Notes: a model not told the origin generated them from the letters alone. Numbered from the stretch's first letter, positions 50,408-62,150 are shown. The stretch is 64,000 nucleotides of DNA from Cyanobacteria bacterium P01_A01_bin.123 (GCA_039815185.1 JBCBZT010000004.1:1-64000); one strand, 5' to 3'. Translations and numbers: made by a program.

Positions 50408-52168
50408 TCACTGCGATATATTTTGACTAATCAGCGCTGTTGCAGTGATCGAGTCTAGGGGATAGGAGAATATGAATCCTTGCCCATATTGACAAGTCAA
50501 TGAATTTAGAATATTGACGTGTTCCTCTTTTTCTAGTCCTTCTGCCACAACTTCTAAATCTAAATTGTGTGCTAGATCAATGATGGTTGAGGTAATATCA
50601 AAGTTAGTTGGATTCACTTCAATATCCTTGATAAAACAGCTATCTATCTTTAAGGTATTGATCGGCAATAACTGCAAATATGACAAAGATGAATAGCCAG
50701 TTCCAAAGTCATCAATCGATAGGTGAATACCGCGTTCTTGGAGTTGAACTAATAGCTTTGTTATTTCCTTAATATTCTCCATCAATACGCTTTCTGTAAT
50801 TTCCAGTGTCAAGGCATTTCCATCTAGTCTCGCAGACCTAAGGCTATTGTCAATACACTGCAATAAGGTTGGGCTTTGTAGTTGCAGGCTGGAAAGATTA
50901 ATGCTGATTCTGTTAGGACTTGCTACACCAAACTGAGCTTGCCAGCGGGCAAATTGATGACAGGCTTCTGAAATCACCCATTCGCCTAGTGGTACGATTA
51001 ATCCGCTTTCTTCTGCTAATGGAATAAAACTGAGGGGAGGAACCTGCTCCCATTTGGGATGTCGCCATCTGATCAGCGCTTCAAAACTCACAATTTTCTG
51101 AGTGTCCAACCTAAAAATTGGCTGATAATATAGTGATAAATGCTGGGCTTCGATGGCTTTTTGTAACTCTGCTTCAAGATTGAGGCGCTGAATCGCTGCT
51201 TCTTGCATCTGGATGTCGAAGATAACAAAATCGTTTCTCTTCTGGTGTTTAGCAATTTGCATCGCGGTATCAGCAGCCTGGAAAAAATCATCCGGTTCAA
51301 GATAAGGAAGCGTACTCAATGCAATACCGACGGCAGTTGTAGAGGAGACAGTAATCTCATCTAGTTGAAATGGAGGTTCGAGTAACTGTAGTGACTGCTC
51401 CACGTGCTCCTGAATGTCGTTGAGGTTGTTGAGAGAACGCCATAAAATCGCAAATATATTTTCCCCAATCCGAGCTGGAGTGAGGGATGAATTTGTGGCT
51501 TGTTTTAAACGTTCCGCAGCTTCAACAATTAAACGATTACTTAAGGCATGTCCAAAGCCAGATTTGATGATCGAGTATCGTTTGATATCCAGCAGTATTA
51601 GCGCAAATTCGTTACCGTGAGTTTGTTTTGTTGCAATGCTCTGGGCAACCTGCTGCGCCAGCCCATTTTGGTTAAGCAGACCTGTGAGTTGGTCATAAAA
51701 AACTAGATTATGAAGTCTATCGAGTGCCTCCTGAAGCTGTTGCTGCTGGTGTCGCAAGTGAGCAACAAATGTCAATGTTTTGTTAATCGTGATTTCTAGA
51801 TCTTCCATATCAATCGGCTTCGTCAGGAAGTCAAATGCCCCCCGGTTCATAGCTGTCCGAATATTCTCCATATCTCCGTAGGCTGAGATGACCACAGCTT
51901 TCAAAGGCGTCTCAAGCTCGGCTAAGTTTGTCAGCAGGGTTAAGCCATCCATCTCTGGCATCCTGATATCGGTCAGCACCATATCAATCTGATCTTCGGC
52001 GTCATTTAAGACCTGGAGAGCTTCCACACCATTCTGCACAAACTGAAAATTCAGCTCTCCAGCTTGAATGCTCTTTCTAAATCGCTGTCGCAAGAGGCGC
52101 TCTATCTCTATCTCATCATCGACAACTAAGACTAGACTTCCTCGTTCTTCCCTATAACTCATAGTCAT
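50408..52168 (-). CDS. REC-GGDEF(degenerate)-EAL c-di-GMP phosphodiesterase
   Basis: LTDIRMP; GGDEF position reads IGENI; EAL and DDFGTGYSS intact. Confidence 0.9.
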   Translation of the reverse strand: MTMSYREERGSLVLVVDDEIEIERLLRQRFRKSIQAGELNFQFVQNGVEALQVLNDAEDQIDMVLTDIRMPEMDGLTLLTNLAELETPLKAVVISAYGDMENIRTAMNRGAFDFLTKPIDMEDLEITINKTLTFVAHLRHQQQQLQEALDRLHNLVFYDQLTGLLNQNGLAQQVAQSIATKQTHGNEFALILLDIKRYSIIKSGFGHALSNRLIVEAAERLKQATNSSLTPARIGENIFAILWRSLNNLNDIQEHVEQSLQLLEPPFQLDEITVSSTTAVGIALSTLPYLEPDDFFQAADTAMQIAKHQKRNDFVIFDIQMQEAAIQRLNLEAELQKAIEAQHLSLYYQPIFRLDTQKIVSFEALIRWRHPKWEQVPPLSFIPLAEESGLIVPLGEWVISEACHQFARWQAQFGVASPNRISINLSSLQLQSPTLLQCIDNSLRSARLDGNALTLEITESVLMENIKEITKLLVQLQERGIHLSIDDFGTGYSSLSYLQLLPINTLKIDSCFIKDIEVNPTNFDITSTIIDLAHNLDLEVVAEGLEKEEHVNILNSLTCQYGQGFIFSYPLDSITATALISQNISQ

Positions 52169-52434
52169 ATGTTGTCTGGAATGGAAAACTCACGCAGCCC
52201 CTCCGCCTAATCATAAATATCTTAATAGCGTGAAGAAATATTTCTTCTCAATAGAAAAGCATTTTCTCTGCCCACAAAGTTTCATTAAAATAATTTAAGG
52301 AATTTAACTTGCTTAATATCAAGAGGCGTTAACCTCTGATGGCATTTGGTTCAAATGTCATGGGTGAGCTGGGAAACTGTTTGCGGTTTTTAGCTTGTTA
52401 GTATAACTCTAGACATTAGATAATGTAGATATTG

Positions 52435-54093
52435 TTACATAGCCAAATGAGGATTGTGCTCACGGTTTGGCAAGGTCAAAATAATCTCAGTAAATTCACC
52501 CAGCTTGCTGTCTAGGGTTAACTTCCCTTGATGCTGCTTAACGATGATGTCATGGGTAAGCGAAAGGCCAAGGCCAGTGCCTTCTCCGAGGGGTTTGGTG
52601 GTAAAGAACGGGTCTAAGACCTTGGACTGAATTGTAGAGTCGATGCCGTAGCCATTATCCCGAATGCGAATTTCGACCTGTTTGCCGAGACTGCGAGTAG
52701 AAATTGAAAGCGTAGGCTTGTAATCTGTTGCCGCCTGCAGGGAAACCAGCTGAAGCTGACGTCGCTTGAAGCGCATGGCGTCACAAGCATTATCGATTAG
52801 GTTGATGAAAGCACGGATTAGGCTGCTTGGAATGACTTCGACGGGACCCAAATCGGTCGCATAGTTAGTGCGAATGGCAAGGTTGAAGGGGCTGTCCGGC
52901 ACTTGTTTGCTATGGTAGGCCAGTTTCACTGCTCGATCGAGCAAGTCATGAAGATTGGTGGGTTGAGCGAGGGCTTGTTCATCATCGGCATGGGGATGTT
53001 GCATCATGCTTTCGATAATCTGGGCAGCCCGTTTGCTATTGTGGCGAATGGTTGTAGCGTTTTCTTGTAAATCGGCAATTAAGGATTGGATCAAGACTGA
53101 CGTTTTTGGATTTAGGTATTGGAGTGCGGGTTGTAGGGTATCCAGCAGGTCTTGACTGAGTTCAACGGAGCCTTCGGCATAGTTTTTGATGAAGTTAAGG
53201 GGGTTTCGCAACTCGTGGGTAATCCCAGAGATCAGGCGACCCAAAGCTACCATTTTTTCAGCTTGAATGAGTTCAGCCTGGGCTCGATTGCGTTCGGTAA
53301 CATCAATTATGACGCATAAAGAATGGGCAATTTGACCGGATTCATCTCGGTCAGCCGTGGCGGAAAGCAATATGTCAATGATTTCTCCGGTTTTGCTCAC
53401 CATTTGATAGGGGATATCCTCGCATACCCCCGTACGGAAAAAGGCTGGTAGTGCAACCTCAATCGCATAACGCCGAGAGGCTTCGGTTAAAAATTCGATA
53501 GACTCCCTACCTAGGACTTCGTTTCGTTCATACCCTAATTTGGCTAGCCAGTAGTTGCTGACGCTAACCAGCTTGCCAGTGGCGTCAATCGAGTGCAGCA
53601 TAACAGGCGTACCCTCATAAAGTGAGCGGTATCGCTGTTCGTTTTGGCGCAGTTGGTTCTCTATTTGCTGACGCAATTCAAGTTCTTGTTGCAAGTGTCG
53701 ATTCAAATGGTGCAATCGCAAATGAACTTTCACCCTGGCCAAAACCTCTTGTTTTTGAAAGGGTTTGGCGATGTAATCAACCGCCCCGAAGGCGAATCCC
53801 TCCACTTTGCTAATAGCATCCGTAGTTGCCGTTGTAAAAATGACTGGGATAGACTGAGTGTCAGGATTTTCTTTTAGCCGACGACAGGTTTCAAAGCCGT
53901 CAATTCCAGGCATTTTCACGTCTAACAAAATCAGTTCGGGCTGATTTCGCCCAGCTAGTGCCAGTGCACTTTCACCATCCATTGCCACTCGAAAACTAAG
54001 CCCAGCATCACTTAGTACTTCTGAAAGTACCGATAGGTCAATGGGGTTATCGTCCACAATCAGGATAAATTCAGACCCCGTATTTTTTGACAT
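52435..54093 (-). CDS. REC-PAS histidine kinase
   Basis: LLDVKMP; PAS; THELRNPLN; FFTTKP..GTGLGL. Confidence 0.92.
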   Translation of the reverse strand: MSKNTGSEFILIVDDNPIDLSVLSEVLSDAGLSFRVAMDGESALALAGRNQPELILLDVKMPGIDGFETCRRLKENPDTQSIPVIFTTATTDAISKVEGFAFGAVDYIAKPFQKQEVLARVKVHLRLHHLNRHLQQELELRQQIENQLRQNEQRYRSLYEGTPVMLHSIDATGKLVSVSNYWLAKLGYERNEVLGRESIEFLTEASRRYAIEVALPAFFRTGVCEDIPYQMVSKTGEIIDILLSATADRDESGQIAHSLCVIIDVTERNRAQAELIQAEKMVALGRLISGITHELRNPLNFIKNYAEGSVELSQDLLDTLQPALQYLNPKTSVLIQSLIADLQENATTIRHNSKRAAQIIESMMQHPHADDEQALAQPTNLHDLLDRAVKLAYHSKQVPDSPFNLAIRTNYATDLGPVEVIPSSLIRAFINLIDNACDAMRFKRRQLQLVSLQAATDYKPTLSISTRSLGKQVEIRIRDNGYGIDSTIQSKVLDPFFTTKPLGEGTGLGLSLTHDIIVKQHQGKLTLDSKLGEFTEIILTLPNREHNPHLAM

Positions 54094-54237
54094 GTGTAGT
54101 GATAGATTTCACGTTATGTTTAGGCGCTGCTGGTTTCTGGTGTGAACATTTCATTTGACCATAATTTTTACACTATGAGGAGTTTAATCAAACCCTATTC
54201 AATAACCAGTGCTCAGACCGAGCCCAATTGACTCAAG

Positions 54238-56982
54238 CTAACCAAGGGCTTGTTCGATAAAGATTTGCAATTGTTTGAGCTGAAACCTAGTTGCTAATTG
54301 TGTTACCTGTCCAGCAAAGGCATTAAGGGATGCATCTGATGCCGGGAGTTGTCCCACCATTTCTAAAGCGCCTTGAATATCACCATCCTGAACTAGGGTG
54401 AGCAACTGTTGCAGGACTTCACGTTTGGGCATAATTACCTCACCGGATTGAACAGCGTCAGACATGTGAGCTGGTTCCTCATAAACCCACTCCACCTGCA
54501 AATGGTCTGCAATGAGCTGAAAGAGCGCCCTGGCATCTATAGGTTTAGCTAGAAAATCATTCCCCCCCTGATCTAACGTCATTTGTTGATCCGCTTGAGA
54601 TACCGAAGCAGAAGAGACAATAACTTTAGTTTGGTTGAGATCCTCAGACATACGAACCTGCCTCAAAAACTCAAACCCATCCATCACGGGCATGGCTAGG
54701 TCGGTAATCACGAGATCAGGCTGGTTAGAACAGAGCTTCTCTAACCCATCTTGACCATGCTCTGCTTCGATAATTTTGAATTCAAGGGGCTCTAATAAAC
54801 TTTTCAAAACCGACCGATTCTCCCAACGGTCGTCAATGATTAGGATGGTCTGGTGAACACCTTGATAGCCAACAATGCGATCGTCGCCCTCAATCTCTGC
54901 TTGTTGTTTGATCCAATTCTCAGCTAGGGATAGCTTGAGGGTGAAGAAAAATTCGCTCCCTTCTCCAAGTTGACTCTTCACCTGAATGTTGCCCCCCATC
55001 AGTTTCACAATGCGTTGGCTAATGGCCAAACCGAGTCCGGTTCCTTCTGCCCGTTTCTGGCGATTGCCTACCTGCTCAAAGGCTTCAAACAGCTTAGTCA
55101 GATTTTCCTCAGCAATCCCCACTCCGGTATCCCTGACCTGAAACAGCAAGGAAGCCTCGGTATCGGATTGTGCTAGCACCTCGATTCCCAGAGTCACCGA
55201 ACCGTGATCAGTAAATTTGATCGCATTCCCCAGCAAATTAATCAAAACTTGTCGCAGGCGCCTTTCGTCAATTTCAACGCCTTCAGGTAAGCGGGAGCTA
55301 GGCTGATAGATAAGCTCAATTCCCTTTTGCTCGGCCTTGATTGTACAAATCTCAGCCACACTTTGTAGAAGTGAAGGCAAGTGCCGGGGGGTTAGCACGA
55401 GTTCTAGTTTGCGGGCTTCAATTTTGGAAAGATCTAAAATATCATTAATTAGCATTAGTAAGTGATCACCGCATTGGTGAATAATATTCACCCCATTACG
55501 CGCTCTATCTGTCAGATTTTTCGTGTTCTCCAAAATTTGGGTATAGCTCAGAATACCATTGAGGGGAGTACGAAGCTCATGACTCATGTTAGCCAGAAAA
55601 TCGCTCTTAGCTTGATTCGCACTATCAGCTAATTCTTTAGCTTGTTTAAGTTCTATAGTGCGCTCAGCAACTTTCTGTTCTAGTTGCCTCAACAAGCTAT
55701 GGTTTTGACCAAAGGTTTGTGACACAGTTTCAAACCAGGGACGCCAACTATAGGGAACGTTAGGAATAGGTAGAGTTTCTCCTTGATTTTCCCTTTCAAT
55801 GTGTTGTATCAGTTGCTCCGCAGGATAAATGAATTCCTTGTGAACCATAAAGGTTGTAGTTCCTAAAATCAAAGCGATTCCAGGCAATAGTAAGATAAAG
55901 CCAATACTGGAGTCCTGTAGAGAGTCCAAAGTTATTGCATGCTTAGGAACAAACAATACGATCTTCCAGGGAACGTTATCTAACTCTTGATAAATAAATA
56001 GATAAGCGCCGATTTCATGAATAGTATTAGGAGATTGCTGAAACAACTCTTCTGGATTTATGCCTTCAGGAAATGCTACTGATGCTAATTTAACGTCTTC
56101 ATCGGAGGATTTTACTAACGTGGGATGTGCCAACAAATTTCCGAATGAATCAACTACCAATATGGTCATTTTGCTTTCCCCCTCGTCAGCGACATCTTCA
56201 TCATGAGCGATAAAAGTTGTCAAGACATCAAGCGTTAGATCGAGGGAAACCGTTCCAAAGAACTCATCCCCCTCATAAATGGGAGTGGCCAGGGTCACCA
56301 TCAATCCTAAGCCGTTTTCATCAATATAGGGATTTGTCCAAAAGCGTTCACGAGTTGGATTGTTCTCTGGTAATCCCAGGACATAAAAATCTTGGCGGAT
56401 TGTTGTTGGGCGAATTCTAACTTCTTCAGATGTGAACCAAGGGGCATTATTTAAGAAATTATGCTTGGACGTATAATAGACCCAAGCAACATTTGGCAGA
56501 TTGTTAAATAGGGCTTGAAACTTAGAGTTAAGACTCCAAGCCATCTCTAAATCCCTATAAAAGTTAGTGGAACGATTGTTGATTGACCCAAGTCCTGTGA
56601 TATTACCAACTTGGTGATTTTTTTCTGAGGGGATAAGTTCGTCGAGATGAAAGACCCCATTCGATTCTTTGAAATGGTTAAACAATAAAGAAGAGTTAGG
56701 ACGATCAGGATAATTTTCTAAAAAGGCTTGACCTTGAATTTGTAATGCATCAATGTGATTTGTTGCGGACTTAATCCAATAGTCTAAGTTGATCGTCCGC
56801 TCTTGAAAATTTGCTTCGAGGTGAGCAATATTATGCTTGTATAAAGCATCAAATTTCAGGGACAGTAGCCCAGAGGAAACAATTGCAACAAAAGAAAAGG
56901 TTGCAAGGACGATCTGATTATATCTTTTAAAGAAAATCATGCCTTTATCTAACTCTATTTCTCGAATCAAACTAATCAGCAT
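54238..56982 (-). CDS. Cache-domain hybrid histidine kinase
   Basis: TM-Cache ([16 protein letters not shown])-[18 protein letters not shown]. Confidence 0.92.
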   Translation of the reverse strand: MLISLIREIELDKGMIFFKRYNQIVLATFSFVAIVSSGLLSLKFDALYKHNIAHLEANFQERTINLDYWIKSATNHIDALQIQGQAFLENYPDRPNSSLLFNHFKESNGVFHLDELIPSEKNHQVGNITGLGSINNRSTNFYRDLEMAWSLNSKFQALFNNLPNVAWVYYTSKHNFLNNAPWFTSEEVRIRPTTIRQDFYVLGLPENNPTRERFWTNPYIDENGLGLMVTLATPIYEGDEFFGTVSLDLTLDVLTTFIAHDEDVADEGESKMTILVVDSFGNLLAHPTLVKSSDEDVKLASVAFPEGINPEELFQQSPNTIHEIGAYLFIYQELDNVPWKIVLFVPKHAITLDSLQDSSIGFILLLPGIALILGTTTFMVHKEFIYPAEQLIQHIERENQGETLPIPNVPYSWRPWFETVSQTFGQNHSLLRQLEQKVAERTIELKQAKELADSANQAKSDFLANMSHELRTPLNGILSYTQILENTKNLTDRARNGVNIIHQCGDHLLMLINDILDLSKIEARKLELVLTPRHLPSLLQSVAEICTIKAEQKGIELIYQPSSRLPEGVEIDERRLRQVLINLLGNAIKFTDHGSVTLGIEVLAQSDTEASLLFQVRDTGVGIAEENLTKLFEAFEQVGNRQKRAEGTGLGLAISQRIVKLMGGNIQVKSQLGEGSEFFFTLKLSLAENWIKQQAEIEGDDRIVGYQGVHQTILIIDDRWENRSVLKSLLEPLEFKIIEAEHGQDGLEKLCSNQPDLVITDLAMPVMDGFEFLRQVRMSEDLNQTKVIVSSASVSQADQQMTLDQGGNDFLAKPIDARALFQLIADHLQVEWVYEEPAHMSDAVQSGEVIMPKREVLQQLLTLVQDGDIQGALEMVGQLPASDASLNAFAGQVTQLATRFQLKQLQIFIEQALG

Positions 56983-57887
56983 TTGCAGCTCTAGAAAATT
57001 GCTGTAAGCAGGCTATACCTAAGCTATATATTAATATTTCCTTCCCCATAAACTAAACAGTACTCCGAACAGAAATCTATCCCTTCTATCGCTTGTAAGG
57101 TAAGGCCTACCTTGCTCGAAGATTTAAGTCAATGTCGGCTCAAAAGCTAACTTTGGTTAAATAGGAAATTGCTGGAATGGTTGGCCTGTAGGCCTTGTAG
57201 CTTCGTTGCTAAAACTGTCCGGACTTTTGCTAAAGATGGCTTTGCAGGATTATCTATGATGACTCTGTAGGATTATCTATGTCGTGATATGAATTTGTGG
57301 GACAGTATTATTTAATTTGCCCGCTGTTACGGTTTCAATTAATGTATCAATCGGATTCGCCAAAATATTCATAAACATCGGATTCATTTGCCCTAGAGAG
57401 CAAAGTACTGGGGACAAAGAATATAGGACCTCAGGACTTTAATGAAGGGCATACTTTGGTACGACCCCATTAGAGACTGGCTAATAAGACCACCCCAGCT
57501 CTAGTGCAGCCACGCCCCCGGGGCTATTGGCAAAATGGGATATTGCAACCGTCCGATCTCAGGGCATGAACTCTTGACAATGCAGGGGCTTCATTGCGTC
57601 GCCCTCTAAAGGACCAGTGCTCAATAGGTAAGATTGCGTGTCTCTTAGATGTAAGCATCGGCCCGGAGTTCATTATTGAGATTCCGAAGCATTTATCTGT
57701 CTGAGGTATAGCTGTTTTTTCATCTCCGGTCACAATCAGCTCAACCGACGACTCGTCTGGGTTGAGGCGCTTTGGATTTAAAGCTTAAGGAAATTCCAAG
57801 TTCCTTTAAGGAAATCCCAAGTTCCCTATGCTTGCTGGCGAAAGCGAATATATTAGGCACCTAATGATATTACTCGCGTTGGGAGTT

Positions 57888-59822
57888 ATGCTGCCCATTC
57901 TGTCATCCTTGCCGTCAGCCGATCTGTCTCGGCGATCAGTTTTGAAATTGCTGGGTTTAGGGGCTGCTGGAGGACTCGTCGGCTATTCACGCTGGAAAAA
58001 GCCGGAACCTCATGTATTTCAACCCGACCGCCTGGATTTACCTTACCGAGTGTCGAGTCCCCGTACAGCGGTAGTCGTGGGGGGTGGTCTAGCTGGGCTC
58101 GCAGCTGCCCACGAACTGAGTCAACGAGGCGTGGCGGTAACGCTGTTGGAAAAAGCCCCTCAACTTGGGGGAAAGATTGCCAGTTGGACGATTCAGGTGG
58201 GCGATCGCTCACTTCAGATGGAACACGGCTTTCACGGCTTTTTCCCGCAGTATTACAACCTGTTTAGCCTTGTAGATGAGCTGCAAATCCGCCAGAAGTT
58301 CAAGTCTCTAGAATTTTATTCTGTCGTCTATCGGGGCGATCAATATCGGCCAGAGGTATTTCGGCCTAACCATTCGGCCTTTCCTTGGAATATTGTCGAT
58401 TTGGCGGTATCTTCCCCAAATCGCTTCAGCTGGGGCATTAACCTTTTGAAGCTGAAGCATTTGAAGGTTTTTCGTGAGATCAGCGGCTTTCAAATTCCTG
58501 AAAGCTACGAACGTCTGGATCATCTCTCTGTGGCGGAGTGGGTGAAGCAGGACTTTCCCCAGGGGCTTTATGATCTGTACTTTTTGCCCTTCGCGAAATC
58601 CAGCCTGAATGCACCGGATTTGATGAGTGCGGCAGAGCTCATGCAATTTTTTCACTTCTACTTTTTTGGCAACCCGGAAGGGCTGGCCTTTAACGGCACC
58701 CGACAGGATATGGGTCGAAGCTTAGTTGATCCCATTGCTGATCAGATCCGTGCCAATGGTGGCACCATCCATACGGAAGCCAATGTGCAGTCTGTCGCTT
58801 GGGCCGATGGACAAGTTGCTGAGTTGACCTATAGCTTGGGCAATAGCCAAGAAGCACCGTTCTGGGTGGAACACAATCCATTACTCAGTACCGATACGGT
58901 GACCTATTTTGGGGCAGGCGATCGCCTTTATTCCCTATCGCAGGACGACACCACGGCGCTTTCCCTCACTTGCACTCACCAGGGTTGCACTGTGCAGGCA
59001 GGTGCTGAGGGTTTTAACTGTCCCTGCCATGGGGCCGCCTACAACAATCAGGGCAAGGTATTGAGCGGCCCAGCGCGGCGAGATTTGGCGCGCTATCGAG
59101 TCATGGAACGTCAAGGCGATCGCGTGTTGCTGGCATCGCTCAACCCTGCCCCCGCGTCTGTGGAAACGCTGACAGCAGACTACTATGTGTTTGCCACAGA
59201 TGTGCCGGGGGTACAACATTTGCTGTCCCGCTCAACTGGGGCAGTGCAACCCGGTGTCGCCCGCCAGATCAGCGGTTTGAAAACAGCTGACCCCTTTGCA
59301 GTGGGCCGATTTTGGTTTGATCGAGATTTTGATTGGGATCAAAGTGACTTTACCTCGTTGTCGGGCTATCATTTGACGGATAGTATTACGCTATATCACC
59401 GTATCCAAGCCGACTATCAGCAGTGGGCGGCAGAGACTGGCGGTAGCGTGGTGGAACTCCATGCCTATTGCTACAAAGAGCGAGAGTTTCCGACCCAGGC
59501 AGCTTTGTTGGAAACCTTTGAGTCGGAGCTGTATGACATTGTGCCAGCCTTGCGGGAAGCCACGATGCTGCACCGCGAATTGGTTAACCAAAAAAACTTT
59601 TCAGGCTATCCCCCTAACAGCAACCGCGATCGCCCGGTAACTCAATCTCTAGCTCCGAATTTAGTATTTGCTGGAGACTGGGTAAAAATGCCCTTTCCTT
59701 GTGGCCTGATGGAGCGGGCGGTTAGCAGTGGTTTCTTAGCTGCCAACTCAATTTTGCATCGCGAAGGCTGCCAACAGCGAGTCCTTTATACGGTGATGCC
59801 AGCAGGGGTACTCACCGTTTAG
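57888..59822 (+). CDS. cruE: CrtU/CruE-like carotenoid desaturase with inserted Rieske domain
   Basis: GGGLAGLAAA; EHGFHGFFPQYYN; CTHQGC...CPCHG; AGDWV...LMERAV; SRRSVLK Tat-like motif. Confidence 0.8.
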   Translation: MLPILSSLPSADLSRRSVLKLLGLGAAGGLVGYSRWKKPEPHVFQPDRLDLPYRVSSPRTAVVVGGGLAGLAAAHELSQRGVAVTLLEKAPQLGGKIASWTIQVGDRSLQMEHGFHGFFPQYYNLFSLVDELQIRQKFKSLEFYSVVYRGDQYRPEVFRPNHSAFPWNIVDLAVSSPNRFSWGINLLKLKHLKVFREISGFQIPESYERLDHLSVAEWVKQDFPQGLYDLYFLPFAKSSLNAPDLMSAAELMQFFHFYFFGNPEGLAFNGTRQDMGRSLVDPIADQIRANGGTIHTEANVQSVAWADGQVAELTYSLGNSQEAPFWVEHNPLLSTDTVTYFGAGDRLYSLSQDDTTALSLTCTHQGCTVQAGAEGFNCPCHGAAYNNQGKVLSGPARRDLARYRVMERQGDRVLLASLNPAPASVETLTADYYVFATDVPGVQHLLSRSTGAVQPGVARQISGLKTADPFAVGRFWFDRDFDWDQSDFTSLSGYHLTDSITLYHRIQADYQQWAAETGGSVVELHAYCYKEREFPTQAALLETFESELYDIVPALREATMLHRELVNQKNFSGYPPNSNRDRPVTQSLAPNLVFAGDWVKMPFPCGLMERAVSSGFLAANSILHREGCQQRVLYTVMPAGVLTV

Positions 59823-59859
59823 ACATCAAAAGTTTAGACATCAAAGTTAGTGCTCAGCT

Positions 59860-60960
59860 ATGATTGCTCCTTCCCGTACAGCGCCTCAGCCTGCTTCTCA
59901 ACAATCCTCATCCGCTGCTGCTGCATCGCGGCATGTCCGACAGGTGGGCATTAATCCTAACCATTGGTATGCGGTGGCTCAAAGTGCAGAGCTAGGGGCT
60001 CAACCCCTGGAAGTGGCGATATGGCATCAATCTATTGTGTTGTATCGCGATCGCCGAGGTCAGGTGCAGGCGCTAGAAAATCGCTGCCCCCATCGCAATG
60101 TGCGGCTGAGTCATGGGCAAGTCGTGGGCGATCGCTTGGCATGTGCTTATCACGGCTGGCAGATGGATAGAACCGGCCATTGTGTCCATGTGCCTTATTT
60201 AGGCGATCGCCAGAAGTTGCCGACTTGCCGCCTCAGGACTTATCTGGTGCGAGAGCAGGACGGGTTCATCTGGTTGTTTCCAGGTGCGGCTGACCAAACC
60301 CCTACAATCGAGCCGATGGGGCTTCCAGAGTGGAATCATCTCAACTACATTGCATCCTATGCGGTCATTGATGTACAGGCTCACTATTCTTATGTGATTG
60401 AAAATTTGATGGATATGTATCACGGCCATCTGCACCAGACCTACCAAGCCTGGGCCGATCCGGTGTTGCAGTCAATGACCCATGGCCGCGATCGCGTGGA
60501 TGCCCATTATCAAGCCCAAAGTTACTATCGCATTGACAAAATTTGGTCTGTGGGGCAGCTCTTTATTCCCGCGTTGCGGCAGCTTCATCCTGAGCCGCTG
60601 GATGTGAGCTATATCTATCCTCATTGGACATCACGGTTGGGTGATGATTTCAAGCTTTACTGTTTGTTTTGCCCCATCAACGAGCACCAAACCAAAGCCT
60701 ACTTGGTGCATTTCACCTCGCTCAATGCTTTTCATGATTTACACAAACTGCCCATTCCCTTCCGTCGCTGGGTTAAGCAGCGTTTATTCAACACTGCGCG
60801 TGGGCTATTGACGCGATTGATTGAGCAAGACACGCTGATGATGGAAGATGAGCAGCGGTTTTATGATCAAGGGAGCGATCGCCGTAATATTGAACTGAAT
60901 CCGGCTCTGGCCCAAGTGCAGCGATTAATTATGGCTCAAGCCGCCTTCCAGGAGCCCTAG
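59860..60960 (+). CDS. cruH: Rieske non-heme iron oxygenase, CruH-like
   Basis: CPHR...CAYHG; ENLMDMYHGHLH; adjacent to the cruE-like gene. Confidence 0.7.
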   Translation: MIAPSRTAPQPASQQSSSAAAASRHVRQVGINPNHWYAVAQSAELGAQPLEVAIWHQSIVLYRDRRGQVQALENRCPHRNVRLSHGQVVGDRLACAYHGWQMDRTGHCVHVPYLGDRQKLPTCRLRTYLVREQDGFIWLFPGAADQTPTIEPMGLPEWNHLNYIASYAVIDVQAHYSYVIENLMDMYHGHLHQTYQAWADPVLQSMTHGRDRVDAHYQAQSYYRIDKIWSVGQLFIPALRQLHPEPLDVSYIYPHWTSRLGDDFKLYCLFCPINEHQTKAYLVHFTSLNAFHDLHKLPIPFRRWVKQRLFNTARGLLTRLIEQDTLMMEDEQRFYDQGSDRRNIELNPALAQVQRLIMAQAAFQEP

Positions 60961-61631
60961 AGGCATGAATCCCAATGGTCTATTTCTGATGAAATAGGGG
61001 TTAAACCTGCATGCCAAAGGTAACGTTGAGAACCGCCTTTTTTCATGTATTTTTGGAATACTTCACCAAGCTCCCTCTGGAGTGCCTTAGCATCTGGAAA
61101 GTCTAAGAATAAGTCAGGGCAATAGAAGTCAAGCACGGCAGGTTCAACTTCCTCTAAGCGCATCACTTTATCTGGATAAACTGCCATCAGTGCATTGGGT
61201 TTTCCTTTGTCATCTCGATATATTTTTACCCCCCAATCTTCTGCCGTATCTTCCATGACTTGGGCGATACTCGTTGTTAAAAGCTGCTCATAATAGTGCT
61301 TGATATTGTGAAGGTAACCTTCAAGGGTTTCAGCTCGGGTAACCCGGAAAGGGACAAAATAACTCGGGGATGTCGTGCTATATATTTTACTGGCTCTTCC
61401 CGCTCGGGGTTCTTCGCGGACAATCTTGAGGATGCCTAGATTTAAGAGTTGATTGACCTGATATAGTAGGGCACTAGTGCTCATGTCAAGCTCATTTGCT
61501 GCAACCGCAACCGTTTGAGCCTTGCCCAAAAAAGGGGTAATCAGTTTTCGAGTTTGAGTGTTGACTAAAACATCGGCAGCAACCGGATCGGTAATGATTT
61601 GGGGTTGGCTTGTTGAAATTTGCTCTTCCAT
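60957..61631 (-). CDS. Winged-HTH (ArsR-like) regulator
   Basis: TVAVAANELDMSTSALLYQVNQLLNLGIL...RAGRASKIY. Confidence 0.75.
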   Translation of the reverse strand: MEEQISTSQPQIITDPVAADVLVNTQTRKLITPFLGKAQTVAVAANELDMSTSALLYQVNQLLNLGILKIVREEPRAGRASKIYSTTSPSYFVPFRVTRAETLEGYLHNIKHYYEQLLTTSIAQVMEDTAEDWGVKIYRDDKGKPNALMAVYPDKVMRLEEVEPAVLDFYCPDLFLDFPDAKALQRELGEVFQKYMKKGGSQRYLWHAGLTPISSEIDHWDSCL

Positions 61632-61698
61632 TTTGAGTAGCTTGTGCCGAAACTAAGGTGACATGCGAAAGGTGATTTTGCCTTAAAGGAGCGTTTCA

Positions 61699-62150
61699 AT
61701 GACAATACTTGTCCTAAGTTCGTTCTTACCATTTTTGCTGAGTCTATTAGTAAGGGTAGGCGCACACTGGCGACCTTATCTGCTAGCTTTTCCTTTAGGC
61801 ATGTTGTTGGTTCACCTATTTGCCATGGGCTTACGCTGGCAGTTTGTTCCAGTCTACACGCTGACTTTAGGGATACTTGTAATATTTCCGCTTTCAAAAT
61901 CCTCTTATTAGCTGTCACCCATCGAACCCACGCTGCACAATGGTTGCAAGTCAAGGGCACGGGTCATGCAGCCTTTACTGCCTTCATCTTCTGGACGCCT
62001 GTACGAATTGGGCCGTTGGCAATGATATTGGGTGATGGGAATCCTCATCTTGTTACCCAAGCTATCAATGCGTTAACGGTGTCTTTCTTGAGAGAAAACT
62101 TACTGTCAGCGTTAGGTTTCAAGATGCATTGGTGGCGCATCGTGAATTCT
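61699..62150 (+). pseudogene. Remnant of membrane-anchored alpha/beta hydrolase
   Basis: N-terminal GLRWQFVPVY TM segment and C-terminal QVKGTGHAAFT...INALTVSFL in different frames; core missing. Confidence 0.5.

Noticed and set aside
57214..57307. ACTGTCC...GGACAGT as MITE termini
   Set aside because: Only 7-bp inverted repeat and no second copy in the window.
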